From Camelus ferus (lineage: Eukaryota): 64,000 nt of DNA. Position 1 is the first letter of the stretch. Each line of letters opens with the position of its first letter. The position numbers and the translations under genes were made by a program. Where the stretch lies: NCBI RefSeq assembly GCF_009834535.1, contig NC_045698.1, forward strand, positions 7,938,001 to 8,002,000, written 5' to 3'. The notes below the pieces were generated by a model. That model saw only the letters and a list, made by a program, of their open reading frames with translations, ran no database searches and was not told the origin of the DNA. Shown one piece after another: positions 40,183-53,944 of the stretch.

Positions 40183-40599
40183 TTCATTTTTCAGTTTTAT
40201 TAGGTAGAATTGTCACAATTTGACAGCACATATATAATATATTACATGTAAATACATATACACAATATCCTGAACATATTTTTAAAATTTACATGTATAT
40301 ACTGTTCATTGTTTCTAAGGACGTTTAGAGCTTTAGCTTTTTAAACTTACATAGTTATCAAAGGAATAAAGCCAACCCCAAATAAGAATTAGTTCAAAAA
40401 GATACATACACCCCGCTATTAACAGCAACGTTCTTTATAATTGCCAAGATATGGAAGCATCCTAAGTGCACATCAATAGATGAATGGATAAAGAAGATGC
40501 AGCATATATATGTGATGGGATTCAACTCACCCTTAAGAAATGACATTTTGCCATTTGCAGCCCTTCATTCACTTTTTTTCTTTTCACTTCAAGACCCAG
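40183..40599 (-). mobile_element. TSD-flanked retroposed insertion containing an oppositely oriented L1 ORF2 3' fragment
   Basis: 19-bp direct repeats AAATTCTGGT(G/A)TTCTTTTT at 40164-40182 and 40600-40618. Minus-strand AATAAA followed by an A-rich tail at the left end. L1-like segment at about 40390-40561 on the plus strand. Confidence 0.75.
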
Positions 40600-41039
40600 A
40601 AATTCTGGTATTCTTTTTACCCAAAGAGAACGTGGGTGTTTTACAAATAAGTAAGTGAAGAAAAAAAAACTTGCAGTATGTTTCTAGATGTGTGTTCTTC
40701 TTGCTGTCCTTTAATTTTTAGATTATTTCAAAAATTTAAACTGCAAACAAACTGTCTAGTTACATACAGGCCATTTCATGGGAGTTTTCATTAGCAGAGT
40801 TGTATTTGAATATTTCTGCATTTATTTGGAAAAATAATAGAATTCACGCAGTAATATTCCTTTCTTTAACTTCAGTGTCCCTCAGGGATTGAAGAATTGT
40901 AATTTGGCATGAATGAGTATAATATGGCACCTTCCCTGCTTAGTTTTTTTATTACAGAAAACTCATTCATCTCACAGATATGCAGGGGCATATGGCTAAA
41001 TCCCCGGATTCTTTCAAAGTGCTCAGATGCCGCGTTCTC

Positions 41040-41318
41040 TATGTGGCTACTCTGACCACACTGTTTAAAATTGCCATCTGAACCCCACCCACTCCCCAAC
41101 CCAGCATTCTGGCATTGCCTTTATCTGTTATAGCATCCTTCAGAGCAATTAATCTGTCCTGACTTCTTTATTATGTTTCTTGTTATTGTCTGTCTTCTGC
41201 TAGAACGTATGTTCTTTGAGGGCAAGTCTCCTGGTTTGTTCCCTAATAGATCCCCATTCCTGTTCCAAGAGCAATGCCAGGTACACAGTAGATGCTCAAT
41301 AGATATTTGGTGAGTAAA
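41040..41318 (+). mobile_element. L2 3' end
   Basis: tattgtctgtctt...ctagaacgtatgttctttgagggcaag...gtacacagtagatgctcaatagatatttg. Confidence 0.7.
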
Positions 41319-43329
41319 TGGTGGGGGAGTGCGTTACTCGTTACAGCAGTATTTCTTCCTCAGGTTAGCTAACACCACCTTTTCAAGACTGAGTACTACC
41401 CCTCTTCAAAGGGGGAAAAACGCCTTGTGTGAACATCTACCATCTCCAAGGGGCTACGACAGATCTTCTGGCACCAGCTGACAAGAAAAAAAAAGGGGCA
41501 CATGCACCACTCACTCAAGGTGGACCATCTCATGACTCAGAGTATGCCTGGAGGAATTATTTCCATCTGTCAACCAAATGAAAGCAGGAGAAGTTGGAAT
41601 CCTCACAGAACTCATGGGCTCTACGTCCCTCATTTAGAAAACACAAATGTGGTATTGCACCTGCGGTGAGATCAGGACCAGGGACAGAGGAGAGGAGCCT
41701 CCCCCCACTACAAAAGGGGGACAGGGTTGGGAAGCAAGTCCCTGAGGTGCCCACACCGCCTGCGGTGCCAACAGCACCAGTGGAAGGTGGCTTAAGGCAT
41801 TGTTGGGTCAATCAGAAAAAGCTAAGAAAGGATCAGAAAACAACTTCTTCCCAACTTACAGTTTTACCGAGGGCCTGATTGGCACCCACCCAAGAGAGAT
41901 GAAGTCTCTTGCTAGACACAGTCCCGTACGTACATCTGAGCTATAACACATTCGCTTTATTTCCCTGCACAAAAAGGTTAAACTATGAATGCCATTTTCT
42001 CTGTGTGTGTATAATCACACATATGTGCTTTACTTTAAAAATTATCTAGGTTTAATTATTTTAGTAATGATGAAACTACTATAAAAGAGGTAATAAAGCT
42101 ATTCTTATAGTTAACCGACTGGCTATGTATTAAAAGTAAATGGTATAGTAAATCTACCTCTCTCTTTCCACTTTAGCTGCTCTGTATAGTATAGTTAATA
42201 TTCCTAATCTATGATAATATATTTCCCATTCACACAACTTAGTGACTTAAGCTATTAAAATATTATTCCAAAGCTTTAAAAGGGAAAATGAATTCAAAAT
42301 GAAGGCAGTATCAGTTAATGATATAATGAGAAAATGACGTTTTCAGTGTGACCCTAATTAATGCCATATATCCAAATTTATAATGAAATCTTAAATTCTA
42401 TTTTAATCTAGAGTAACTCAAACAAGATGATAAACTTTTTCATTTGCTCTTATTTTGGGCGTCACTAGATCGCCAATACAAAAAATAACCTTTTGTTTTC
42501 TTGAGGTTGAATTTTATCTAAGAATATGAGAATCCTACACATTTCCTGAAGGCAAACATCATCCGAGCTGACATTCACAGATGTGAAATGTGATGTTCAG
42601 GTCCTTGGTTCTTCCTCCCACAGCCTCCCCACTCCCAACGGGATCAGAGAGAAAGTTATAGGGTAGACTTTCAGTTCTCTTGCAGGGTTGTTATTCCTTG
42701 CAGGGCTCTGGGTGGCAATGGATGGGTCCCCACACTGCCCTCTTCACTTCCCCTCTGCTTTTCTCCCGGACCCTCCTCCCTTCAACTTCTTCTTGCACCC
42801 AATTCTTCTGATTTCTTCTTGTATCCAACTTTAGACTCTTGTAAGGCTCCAAGCAAACTCATTTTAAACACTCATAAAGCACAACTCTCTTTGAAAGACA
42901 ATCAGGGGAAACTCTCTTCTTTGACATGGTACCTATACTTCCTCTCCTGCTAAATGGCAAGCAACCTATTTTCCATTTATCCTCCCCATCAATTGCTCCA
43001 CATCCAACAGGCGGGACCCCTGTTTTAGCCCCTACACTATCATTTCAGGCCAATGAACCCTCTTCCCTTACCCCCTTTACCAGTTCATGCAGAATTCTTC
43101 AAAAGTCAAGTCTTAAAAGATTCTAGGTTTAATATTATTGAAACAAAGTCAATAAAATACTATATAATGTTATAGCCAATATATATAATACCACAAAATA
43201 AAACCCACTAGAAGCATGGCTGTCACAGGGCAGTAAGTTCATGCATATTCATCAGAGGAAGGGAAGGATGGTGCAGTGCTGATCATGTGTTAGTTTCCTT
43301 CGCTCTCTCTTTTAAAAAATATTTCACAT

Positions 43330-44200
43330 GGATATTATTTTTTTAGAGCAGTTTTACATTCACAGCAAAATGGAGCAGAAAGTACAGAGGGTTCCCAAAT
43401 GCCACTGTCCTCACACATGCACAGCCTCCTCCATTATCAACATTCCCCCCAGGGCTGTACCTGTGTTACAATCCGTGAATCTACACCGACGCCATTATCA
43501 CCAGAAGTAGAGTTTACATTAGGGTTCACCCTTGGGTGTTGTACATTCTGTGAGTCTTGATAAATGCGTGATGAAGTGTATCCACCATTACAGCATCACA
43601 CAGAAGAATTTCACTGCCCTAAAAACCCTCTATGCTCTGCCTGTTCACCTCCCTCCCCCAGTCCCTAACTCCTGGAAACCACTCATCTTTTCACAATCTC
43701 CACGGTTTTGCCTTTTCCTGAATGTCACATAGTTGGAATCATCCAGTAAGTAGCGTTTTCAGATTGGCTTCTTTCACCTAGTAATGTGCATTTAAGATTC
43801 CTCCATGTCTTTTCGTGGCTTGGAAGCTTGTTTATTTTTAGTGCCGGATAATTTTCCATTGTCTAGAGGTAACATAGTGTATTTATCCATTCACCTACTA
43901 AAACACATCTTGGTTGCTTCCATGTTTTGGCAGTTAGGAAGAAAGCTACTGGAAGCATCCTTGTGCAGGTTTTTGTGTGGACATAAGTTTCCAACTTCTT
44001 TGGGGAAATACCAAGGACAGCTATTGCTGGATTGTGCAGTGAGAGTATGTTTAGTTTTGCAAGAAACCGCCAACCTGTCTTCCAAAGTAGTGGTACCTTT
44101 TTGCACTCCCACCGGCAGTCCACATCCTCACCATCATTTCGTGGCGCCTGTGTTCTGGATTTTGGCCTTTCTGATAGATTGCAGTGGTAACTTATTGTTG
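43330..44200 (-). mobile_element. Old L1 (L1MB-like) 3' portion
   Basis: ttttagagcagttttacattcacagcaaaat... Minus-strand translation gives ORF2 C-terminal-like text (KTCTRML...FLTAKTWKQPRC...GEWIN). Confidence 0.85.
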
Positions 44201-44906
44201 GGTCTGCTTCTTTCTTAAGACTGATTGCGTGAACCCAATTTATTTACATTAATACAGATGACTGAATAAAAACTGTCGACACTGAACTACATAGAGGGAA
44301 GCGATAGCTTGAATTCGGTCTGGACTGAACAAATCTTCTATCTGCTAGTTTCCTGAACTTGCTAGGGAATGACTGGAGAGGGCATTTCACACATAACCTG
44401 AATAGACAGTCTTAAATTCACTTATTAAACGACTCTTTGATATACGATCCAGTGTAGTTCCTACGTCAACAGCTCACATTTATTTTTCTGCTTAGCTCTG
44501 AACTTCAGGAATTTAGGAGAGAGCAGTCTACAAAAAGTAAGGAGGATGGAAGCTGATGAACCCTATACCCAGCAGAAATAAAAATATACCAACCAATCAA
44601 ACAAAGCAAAACTCCCCCTGCTGCCTGTCCTTTTAGGTGGTTTACAAAGAGGACATCCTTAAACCTGATGTAGACAGTCTCTTGGGGATGAAAGCTGGGA
44701 TGTATGTGTGAAGAATCACTAAAACTTACCCAGTTTTCACCAGGGAAGAATGAAAACGGCTTATATATTTCAGCCATTACAATCCACTGTTTAAAAGAAT
44801 GTTTACAGAATTTTTACAATTTAAACTCTAGAACTAAAATTATCTAAAAATCATTCTGGAGTAGGATGCAATGGTTTTCCTCCTTGCCCTTTCATGACAA
44901 GGCAGA

Positions 44907-44935
44907 ATATATATATATAGATAGATAGATATCTA

Positions 44936-44975
<40 letters not shown>
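44907..44975. repeat. Compound (AT)n(AGAT)n(ATCT)n microsatellite
   Basis: Direct reading. Confidence 0.95.
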
Positions 44976-45045
44976 CCTTTTACATCAGAAAACAGATGGT
45001 TGGGCAATTAAATTAAATACAAGAAAAATGCAAGTAATGCAATAT

Positions 45046-45459
45046 TGTTACGGAAATGACAGGCCAGCCAAGAAACAAGCACCACTCAGAGGGTTGGAGT
45101 ACTCAGATGTATTACACCGGCGGGCTCAGAGGGGCTTCTGCTCCGAAGCTCTGAGCACCTCCAAGACGTGCGTGTGAGGTTTTATAGGGTAAAGTACAAG
45201 CTTGGGGTATTTGGCCAATAGGCATGGAACAGCTTTAGCAGCATCATTATCACAAAAGTGGAGGCAGGGAGGCAGCAAACCAATATTCCAAAGCCAGATA
45301 TGTATCTTTGAAAACCCAGCTGGCTAGCAAAAAAACATAAACAGCAAACCAACACTAATTAACCTAGATTTACAAGTTAGTCCAGCAGAAGTCAGATCAG
45401 TATTCCGATACTTAGATTTGTGAGTTATCTTGTTAGCCCAGCCAGGCTTTTCCTTCACA
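45046..45459 (-). mobile_element. Solo ERV LTR (414 bp), same orientation as CTNND2
   Basis: TG...CA termini and perfect 4-bp TSD ATAT (45042-45045, 45460-45463). Minus-strand TATAAAA at 45186-45180 and AATACA at 45113-45108. Confidence 0.8.
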
Positions 45460-46538
45460 ATATTACCCATTGCAAAAAATGGGGCCTCACCACTTAATGG
45501 ATGTGGTACTCTCAGCATTATCTGTGTTTATTGAGAATAAAATATATTTGCCAAATGAACTAGCTATTATCATTAAATTGACATCAACATCAATGAATAA
45601 TTTAGGACCTATCCAATTACAGCAATGTTTGTATGTTCATGAAAGTCTTCATAAAATTATAAAGATGAGGATGACGCATGTTGTGTTAAAAAATTACTTT
45701 AACAGGGACCAGAATTCCTCTTGGGAGGCACCTGCCTTCATTTAGGAAAATACTCTGAAAAGTTGCTTTGAGGCTAGCAGACCCTGAGAGCGCCGGCTAC
45801 TGCTCGCCCACTCTGCATTTGAAAGAGAGAAGAATTTGGAGCCCGGCTTGAAAGAGAGAAGAGGCTGCAGCAGCTGTTTGTTGACCTCTCGCAGGTGAGA
45901 CAAGGACCTCAGAGAGCTCCCTGGGTGTAGTGTCCCCACCTCTCTGGGGTCTGTTCCATTCAAAGCAAAACGGATACCTCTCTGTGCTTCTGGTTTCGTG
46001 TGAGAAAAGAAACTAGGCTGGACCTGAGATGCAAAGTAAATTTAAATAAGAGTCTGCAGGACTGAAAACATACAGTGCTTCTTCCTCTTGCTCTAGGCAC
46101 TTAAGAATAATCAAGTCGCCGCGTCTGAGATCCCGTTTATAGAAGGGAGGCTGACTAACAAGAGGAACTACGGACTCAAGGATTTCAGTAAATTTCCGAT
46201 TAACTGCTACTTTTCAATGGTGTTGGTAAAAAAAAAAATAGATTTAGTTGCTTTCTGTTCCTTATTAATGTTTAAAAATTAAGTAAATTTCTCTGCTTAA
46301 AAAGCCACTGGAAGATACAGAGTCTGTGGATCTGAAACCAGAGGCTTAAGCAGAGCTGACTGAATCTCACTGTCAACTTTAATGTGGAAATTGCAAAGTT
46401 ATCATTTTGCCAAATACATATCTTACCTCACTGAACTCCATCCCTCGTCCTTATAGTCAAGCCAGTTAAACAATCAGGGCTTCCAGTATCATCTGCACTG
46501 ATGTATGTACATGTAGTTGCCTCTGAGTAAAATAGAAC

Positions 46539-46895
46539 TGTTTAACAGAGCAAGACCCTATAGGGCCTTCCCCGGACAGAACCCCCCCACCCCATCCTCT
46601 GCTGGAGCTCCTCTCCGAGGTACCCAGATAATAGTATCTGAGGCACATTTCCTGAGTTGTTTTACAGATGCAAAACCTACCACCAAATGGAAGAAATTAA
46701 CTACTTGATGACCATGAGCACGTAGCCCCCAGACCTACTGGTTCCTAAGGATTGATGCTGTTAGCCTTTACCACCTCCCCATCATCCAGAGAATTGTGCA
46801 CGAGCTGATCACATACCCTGGGACTCCCCCTCCCCCACCTCGCCTTTAAAAATGCTTCCCTGAAACCTACCGGGGAGTTTAGGTGTTTTGAGCAC
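46539..46895 (+). mobile_element. 3'-truncated ERV1 LTR, cetartiodactyl type
   Basis: aacagagcaagaccctatagggccttcc...gtacccagataatagtatc...gaattgtgcacgagctgatcacataccctg...gcctttaaaaatgctt. No polyA or U5 end found. Confidence 0.7.
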
Positions 46896-49139
46896 CATGA
46901 CCAGTGAAAGGCATACAATTCAGAGTTACAACTTCATAAATTTCATTTAGTGTGTAAACTGTGTATTACTGAATATTTCATCAATCCAATCTGGCATCTA
47001 ACTAATGAGATGATATAAGGGATATATTTATTCTAGAATGAACTGTATGAATTGTATCGATCATTTAAAAAATAATATCTAAATGTGCCGCATCGATATT
47101 GCACCCATGAGATGTTTTGCTGGATACATTTCCAAGGCAAGTACAGTGAATTAATTAAGCTATATTTTAAAAAGAACAGAAATGCAATGATTTTTCTTGT
47201 TATAGTAACTTAATTGACCAGAAAAAAGGCATTCAAATTAATTTTGAGGTGATTCTAGTTCTTAGAAAAAGGATTTTTCCCCCCCTGAAACAGAATTTGT
47301 AAGCAAAAAGAGGGAGAAGGACCATGTTTTGATTTTGTTCACAAATTAACTTCTAATAAACAGATGAAAAACTGCAACTGGTAGCAAAAGATACAACCAG
47401 GAACACACTAAAAGGTCTCAGAAGGTTCTAGTTACATGGAGATTTCCCAGGTGCTACTCATTCGCTGTGACAGGATGTGTAAGGGTTTGGCTTTGTCTCT
47501 GTGTCCAGTAGAATGCTCGCTGGCTTTTGAAACTGACATGGAAAGAATTTCAAAAGTCTATAAACACATTATTCTTCCTCTTTGATTTCCCTTATTTTTC
47601 TAATCCAAAGGTCTCGGATTCCTAGAATCTTTGTCACCCTGGACAGATTTCCAAATCCAGCTCCCACCCCACTGCCCACTGAACATGTCCTCAGCTGGTA
47701 CTGAAGCCATGGCAGAGGTAACCACATAAACATAGAGCAAAATGAACATCTTGAAAGGGGAGAATCTGAACATTTTCTTCTTTTTTTTAACTATCCTCGA
47801 TTTAAGAGAGGTAGCTGGTATGTTCTAGTTCTGTATTAGTAGCAGGTTCCTGTCCATGACTCTGGTTAAAGAAAACCAGTTCTCGTGTAAATCTCTGAAA
47901 TGATCTATTTTACAGTAGTTTGAACTTCCACATTCTCATCACCCTCATGATCTGATCATTTAAAAAGATAAAAGTACGAGGGGAAAAGCCCTTTATTTTG
48001 GTCTGAATGTGAATTGTCGTTCCACTCGGCGATGCATTTCACAAGACACCTTACAAGGAAAAACATACCTGAACCACTGCAAACAAATTACACCCACCAC
48101 AGTCCTCGGCCCTTTCGATTCCCCGCATGTTAAGTGCGATCAAGCGCAGAGAAGTTTTCTCAACGTTCCCCCTTCTCAGAACGAAATACAGTCAATCTAA
48201 GTAGACAAAATGCAGGCAGCGGATTCTCTACTGAAAACCTTGCTGCCACCAGTGAAGCGGGCAGGAGGTGGAAAGGGGCCTCAGAGCTGCCCACCTGGGG
48301 GCTGGGCGCTCACACCCTCCACAAGCCCTCCTTGGCGCTCAGAACTGCTGCGAGTTTCAACATTTCTCTGCCAGAGCACGCAGGGAAAGCCCCCTTGTCT
48401 CCTTTTTTTTTAAAAAGGAAGAATTACAAGTGTTTCCAAAATTCCTTTCCTAAAGATATCACTCAGACATACTCAACGTGTTCCCAATAAGCCTAATGGC
48501 TTCCATCACATGGCATAAGTTTTGAACTGTCCTTGCAGATACAAAATGCAAACTCACTAAGTAGTGACCATTGCAAAGAACCCCTCCAATAAAAGCCTCC
48601 CTCACTGTGTTCCAAACTGAGCCCAACCCAACATAGTGTGAGTGGCAAAGCAAAATTCATGTATTGTTCAGCATCTCATAAGACAGCTTTAGAGGAACAC
48701 ACACAAATTTTGCAAACACAAACCTGTGTAAGGCAGATGTATAACTATTTGAAAAGTATTAAAACATCTCAGAACGTGCATGTAGGAAATCCACAAATTT
48801 CACCCCCGAAGCTTTCACTGTTGCACAGATTAGACAGTCCCCCACGTGGCTGATGGTTATGGTGCCCAGTCTGTTCAGGTGCTGGGCTCAGAGGTGGGGG
48901 AGATGGACCAAGCCCTTCCCTTACAGAAATTAGGTAAAGAAATCAGCAAAGAAGCTAATACAATCATTTCAACAGAGAAGAAGAGAGGCAGCTTTACCTG
49001 AAGGAGGACCGAGCAATTTTCTAGCTATAATTTTGATCCTTAAAGAGGATTCATCAAATTGTACCAGTGTTAAGCCCCTCAATATCCAGATCTTCCCTGG
49101 TGATAAGAACCACAGAGAAGAAATGAGAAGTTAGGAAAA

Positions 49140-49650
49140 GAGGATAGAACATTCAGGAAGGTGCTGCATGGGGCTGGTCAGGAAACCATGATCAGGGAAC
49201 ATCTGAGCAGAGACCAGGCACATGAGGGAGTGATGGAGGGGCCCGAAGAGGGGCAAGGAGGCCAGCGTGGCTGGGGCACAGTGAAGGGGAGATGAGATGG
49301 GGTGACGACAGGATGGTGCAGTCCTGCTCCTAGGGGCTTTTGGCTTCGATGAGGGCATTGGGTTTACTCCGAAGATGGGAATGAGAGTTGACCTAACACG
49401 CTGTTTTAAAGATGGCTGTACATGTCCCATGGGGAACAGAATGTAGGGGCCCAAAGGTAGATGACGGATGCCAGTTAGGGGCTGCCCAGATTGTCCCGGT
49501 GTGAGCAACCTGGTAGCTTTTGATCGGACTGATGGGAACGCAAGTGCTAAGAAATAGTCAAATTCCACATCTGTTTTGCAGGCAGGATGGAAAATATGGG
49601 GTCTGATGGAAAGAAAGGAATCACTAGTGACTAAGGGTTTTGGCCTTTTA
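49140..49650 (-). mobile_element. L2 LINE remnant
   Basis: gcaaggaggccagcgtggctggggcacagtga...tttactccgaagatggga...gactaagggttttggcct. Confidence 0.65.
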
Positions 49651-50118
49651 TTTTTAAGAAACAAGCGTGTTGATAATCATCACCGTAGTAGTTTTTGGTT
49701 GACTGACAGATGGCACAGTGTTTATGAAAGACACAGCCTCTCATTTAAATTTCTGTTTCATTGGCAGTGTGAAAACACACATTTTAAAAATTGCAATTCT
49801 TTTATTACTGCCAAATGGAAAATAACATCCTTCTAAAATATAAAATTATGCTAAATACAGACATAGCAATAATAGAGAAATTGTTTTGTATCTTAGGTAG
49901 CCTATGGTTATAACAAATAATGAATATTAAAGAAAACCTAATATATTCCACCCAAAGGAGTTGACAGATGTGGAGAGAAAACTTTTCTATGCATTCATTT
50001 TATTTAAGTTAAATGTCTAAATTTTAAAACATTTAAACTATGTCAGGTAAGACTTCTGTTAATACCCATAAAAATTGGATGGAATGTAAAATTTGCTTAA
50101 TTGTTTTCTTATTATGCA

Positions 50119-50625
50119 TGTGAATGAAAAATACTGCCAGCCGTATCAGTAAGCAAAGGATGCTGCGGCCATCAAGTCATCAGCTGCTACCGCCGCCCCC
50201 AACAGTGAACGGAGGGAACTCAGGATGCAGACAAGGAGGCAGCTGGCCTCTGCTGTCACCCTCAGCGGTGCCGCCTGGGGGAGCTCAGGATGCGAAAGAA
50301 CGGGACACTGGCCCTAGTCAGCTAGGCGCAGATCGAAGGAGTCATTTCACGAGCCCAGACCTTTGCACCTTCCCATACTTAGAAAAGCGCTAAATCCTTT
50401 AAGTTGAGATGTCTGGTTTTCTTTAATTAACAGTAACCTTTTAATGTTCTGACTACCTGGTCTTTGTTGTAAAAACTCCTGTACATCCTGGCTCCTCCCC
50501 TACCTCTTCAGAGCAGCCCCTCAGAGTGATCTGAGAGGCTGCCATCCCAGGCTGAGTCCTCAGAAAGCCTGCCGAATAAAACATAACTCTCAACTTTTAC
50601 GTTGTACATTTTATTTCAGTCGACA
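50119..50625 (+). mobile_element. Solo ERV1 LTR (507 bp)
   Basis: TG...CA termini, perfect 4-bp TSD TGCA (50115-50118, 50626-50629), AATAAA at 50575-50580, U5 ending ...tttcagtcgaca, and an internal repeated CTCAGGATGC motif. Confidence 0.88.
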
Positions 50626-51122
50626 TGCATACGTCTTTTTTCTTTTTCTATTTTAGGCGATGAAGTTACCAACATGTTCTGAAGATATATCTGCTCACAC
50701 GCTCCTTTGTGAGAGTAATAGGCAATATTTACTGCACTAAACATTTGCTGAGAAAAGAATTTTAGTTTTGCTCAGTTCAACTGACGTTTCCTAGGCACTG
50801 TTCTGTGATTCTTAAGGATCCCATGGATTAATAAAAGAAAAACATAGAGGAACAAACAAGGTTTTCTGAAGCCCACAGGAAGGGCATGAAACCAGCCTCC
50901 TTGGGGAGTGAGGGAACTACTTCTGGAAGAAACGACAGCAGAATTGACTTTAAGATGTTTAAAACTGGTGAACCATACAGTGTAGAACATGGTTAAATTC
51001 TAAAATGTTTGGGGAAGTCTGTGCTTTTTAAAGTAGGGGACATGGATGGTGAGTTGGGGGAAAAAGGAGGTATCATGGCGGTTCATCTTCTTGGCCCTTA
51101 TATTTACCTGAAGACTGGGGGG

Positions 51123-51184
<62 letters not shown>
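51123..51184. repeat. Pure (ATT)n microsatellite, about 20 units
   Basis: Direct reading. Confidence 0.97.
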
Positions 51185-51187
<3 letters not shown>

Positions 51188-52501
51188 ATCAGACTTGGAC
51201 ACTTTATGGAGTACTATATAAGATTTGTGGGATTTTAAAGACAAGGCACAGAATGTAAGGGAATGGTGCTTTCAGAAAGCTTCTTTGGCCAACAGTGCCC
51301 AATTCCTGCAGCTCACGTGGAGGATGGCTCTCAAGAGGGATCAGCAGTGGGAAGCTGGAGACGATGGGAGGCGCATGGAGAGGGGCACCTGCTGGCACAG
51401 AGCACCTTCCACAGGTGGGACACAGGGACAGCTGTGGATGCCACCAAGAGACCAGGCTGGGGATGGAACAGAAAACCACATGAACAAGGAAGATCTGAGG
51501 TGCTAGCATGTGGAGACCCACCCCTGCTTTTTTGAGCAGAGGAATGATATAGGAAGTTGTGACAATCAGGCAAGAGAATTAACCAGACAGACAGCACCTG
51601 TGTGTAGTGTGTGTCGTGCAGTGTATGTCATGCAGAAGTATATCCTAGACTGGAAACATTTTCCAATCATTTTTCTGGCTTCTTGGAATTTATAAAGAGT
51701 ATCACATGCAGGTGGGGTTTCCCATACCTCTCAGTCATTTATTTAAATTAACTTTGATTTTCTTGTTTTGATAACTCTGTGCTCTGAGCCCAGCAAGGTA
51801 ACTGGAGACACCCATTTGGTATTTCTCCACTTAGCTCTGCCCCCCAAGTCAAAGTGGAGGCTGCAGGGGATCCCAGAAGCTGAGCAAAAGGCAAAGCCCT
51901 AAGTTCTATCACTCAGAGCTCCTGGGGCTCCCCACTGATGTCTGTCGGGTTCAGCCACTGTGACCAGCTCTTTTGAGAATCCACAAACTGGAACATGTCA
52001 GCTTCACCTCCTCACATGTTTCTCTTGAACACAAAGAAAGCTGTTACCAGGGAAATCCGTTTGCAACATGGCAACTGGAAAAATGAGTTATTCCATGATA
52101 CTGCTCAGCTGATGAAATGTTATACACTCTTCATTTGGTCCATCAGCCCAAGCAGAACATTTATATGACACTTGGATCTTGGCATAATAAGAAAACACAC
52201 TTGTTGGCTGCATCTGTGACCTCTGAAATTTAAAAAATTATGTACTAAGAAATCCCATCAAGTGCAATGCGGTGCATCCTAAACCCGTGTGTTAGCCTTA
52301 ATGAAGAAAGAGACATTATTCTAGGCATCCTGTGGATGGTTATTGCAAAAATTCTGATAGCACCACAATTGTCCTAGTACTTTTAGTAAGTTAGTAGTGC
52401 TAAATCACACCCACGTCTATAATTTTATATGCATACGTACTATCATTTTACACACATATAATAATATACAGTAAATATAAGTGCAAATAAGCATGTATGT
52501 A

Positions 52502-53010
52502 TAAACATACCTCCCTTATTGTACTTTGCTTTACTGTGATTTACAGACCTTGCTCTTTTTTTTTTTTTTTTTTTTTACAAATTGAAGGTTTACGGCAACC
52601 CTGTGTCAATCAAGTTTCTCAGTGCCATTTTTCCAACAGCATTTGCCCATTCTATGTCTGCACCACATTTCGGTAATTCTCACAATATTTCAAACTTTTT
52701 TATTATTACTATATTTGTAATGGCGACTTGTGATCAGCGATCTCTGATGTTACTGTTAAAACAAGATTATGACTAGCTGAAGGCTCACATGATGGTTAGC
52801 ATTTTTTAGCAATAGTCTTTTTTTAATTAAGGTATGTACATTTTTTTTAGGTATAATGCTATGGCACACTTAATAGACTATAGTATAGTGTAAACATAAC
52901 TTTTATACACACTGGGAAACCAAAAACGATTGTGTGACTTGCTTTACTTCGAGGCACGATTTACTGCGGCGGTCTGGAACTGAACCTGCAGTATCTCTGA
53001 GGTCTGCCTG
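52502..53010 (+). mobile_element. Tigger1 internal-deletion derivative
   Basis: TA-flanked. Left end resembles CAGGCATACCTC and right end reads tctctgaggtctgcctg|TA. Internal Tigger1-like text (acaaattgaaggtttacggcaaccctgtgtc...). Confidence 0.88.
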
Positions 53011-53944
53011 TAGGGATGTATCTAAAAGGGGCGGCAATTCAGAAATATCTCCTTTCCTTTTCTTTGCCACAGTGGGATTCATTCAGCTCCTTCCATTATT
53101 TTATTCCAATTTAAATTTTGTAGCATCCATTTTTTCTTGCTTTTACACCCCACTGCTTGTGGGTTCCAAGGACCTGCCGAAATAGATATTTTACCTTCCA
53201 ATAAATAGCCACAGAGATTGAAAAGATGGTTATTTCTTTACATGAATAATTTCAGTTTAAAGATCTTTAGCCCTGGAGTGTGTCAGATTAAACGACTGGA
53301 ACCCTAATTATAAATAACAAAATGCTCTGATTTTGCTCTTTTTTCAGACTTTAGCTCTCTGCATAGTTTATCAATACTGTTTTTAAAAACCTTCAACATA
53401 TAAAATGCCAGGTGAAAAAAATTTTCCTTATCTAATTCTACATTTAAAAGTTACTGGATACATAAAAGCCTTGGTTTGCGTTTTAAATTCTTTAAGAATT
53501 TACAAACGTGTGTGTTATTGCATATATCATTTTCCCCCAGACTAGAAGGAAAGAGATGGTTGTCCTCGATTTTTAACAGGCTGGTAGATTTGGAGCACTA
53601 ATAATGAAGCAGGGGCTTAGGCAAGAATTTTGTTTTGTTTTAAAATTCTGCATGTACAGTAGTCAGAATCCACTTGACCTGATAAACCACCCAAAATAGC
53701 ACATTCACCCCACATCCCGTCCCTTCTTCTTCCAGACCACAACCCTTCTCTGGATTTCTCCTTCGCTCCCATTTACCACCTGATATATTTCATATGTATG
53801 TTTGATTTTCTGCCCTACTCCCACCCAGAGGGATTTCAGGCCATGAGAGCAGAGGTCTTACCTGGTTTACTGAATACTGAATCCCCAGGGCTGAGAGGAC
53901 TACCTGGCACACAGCAGGAAATCCATATTATTATATTTTTTGCA

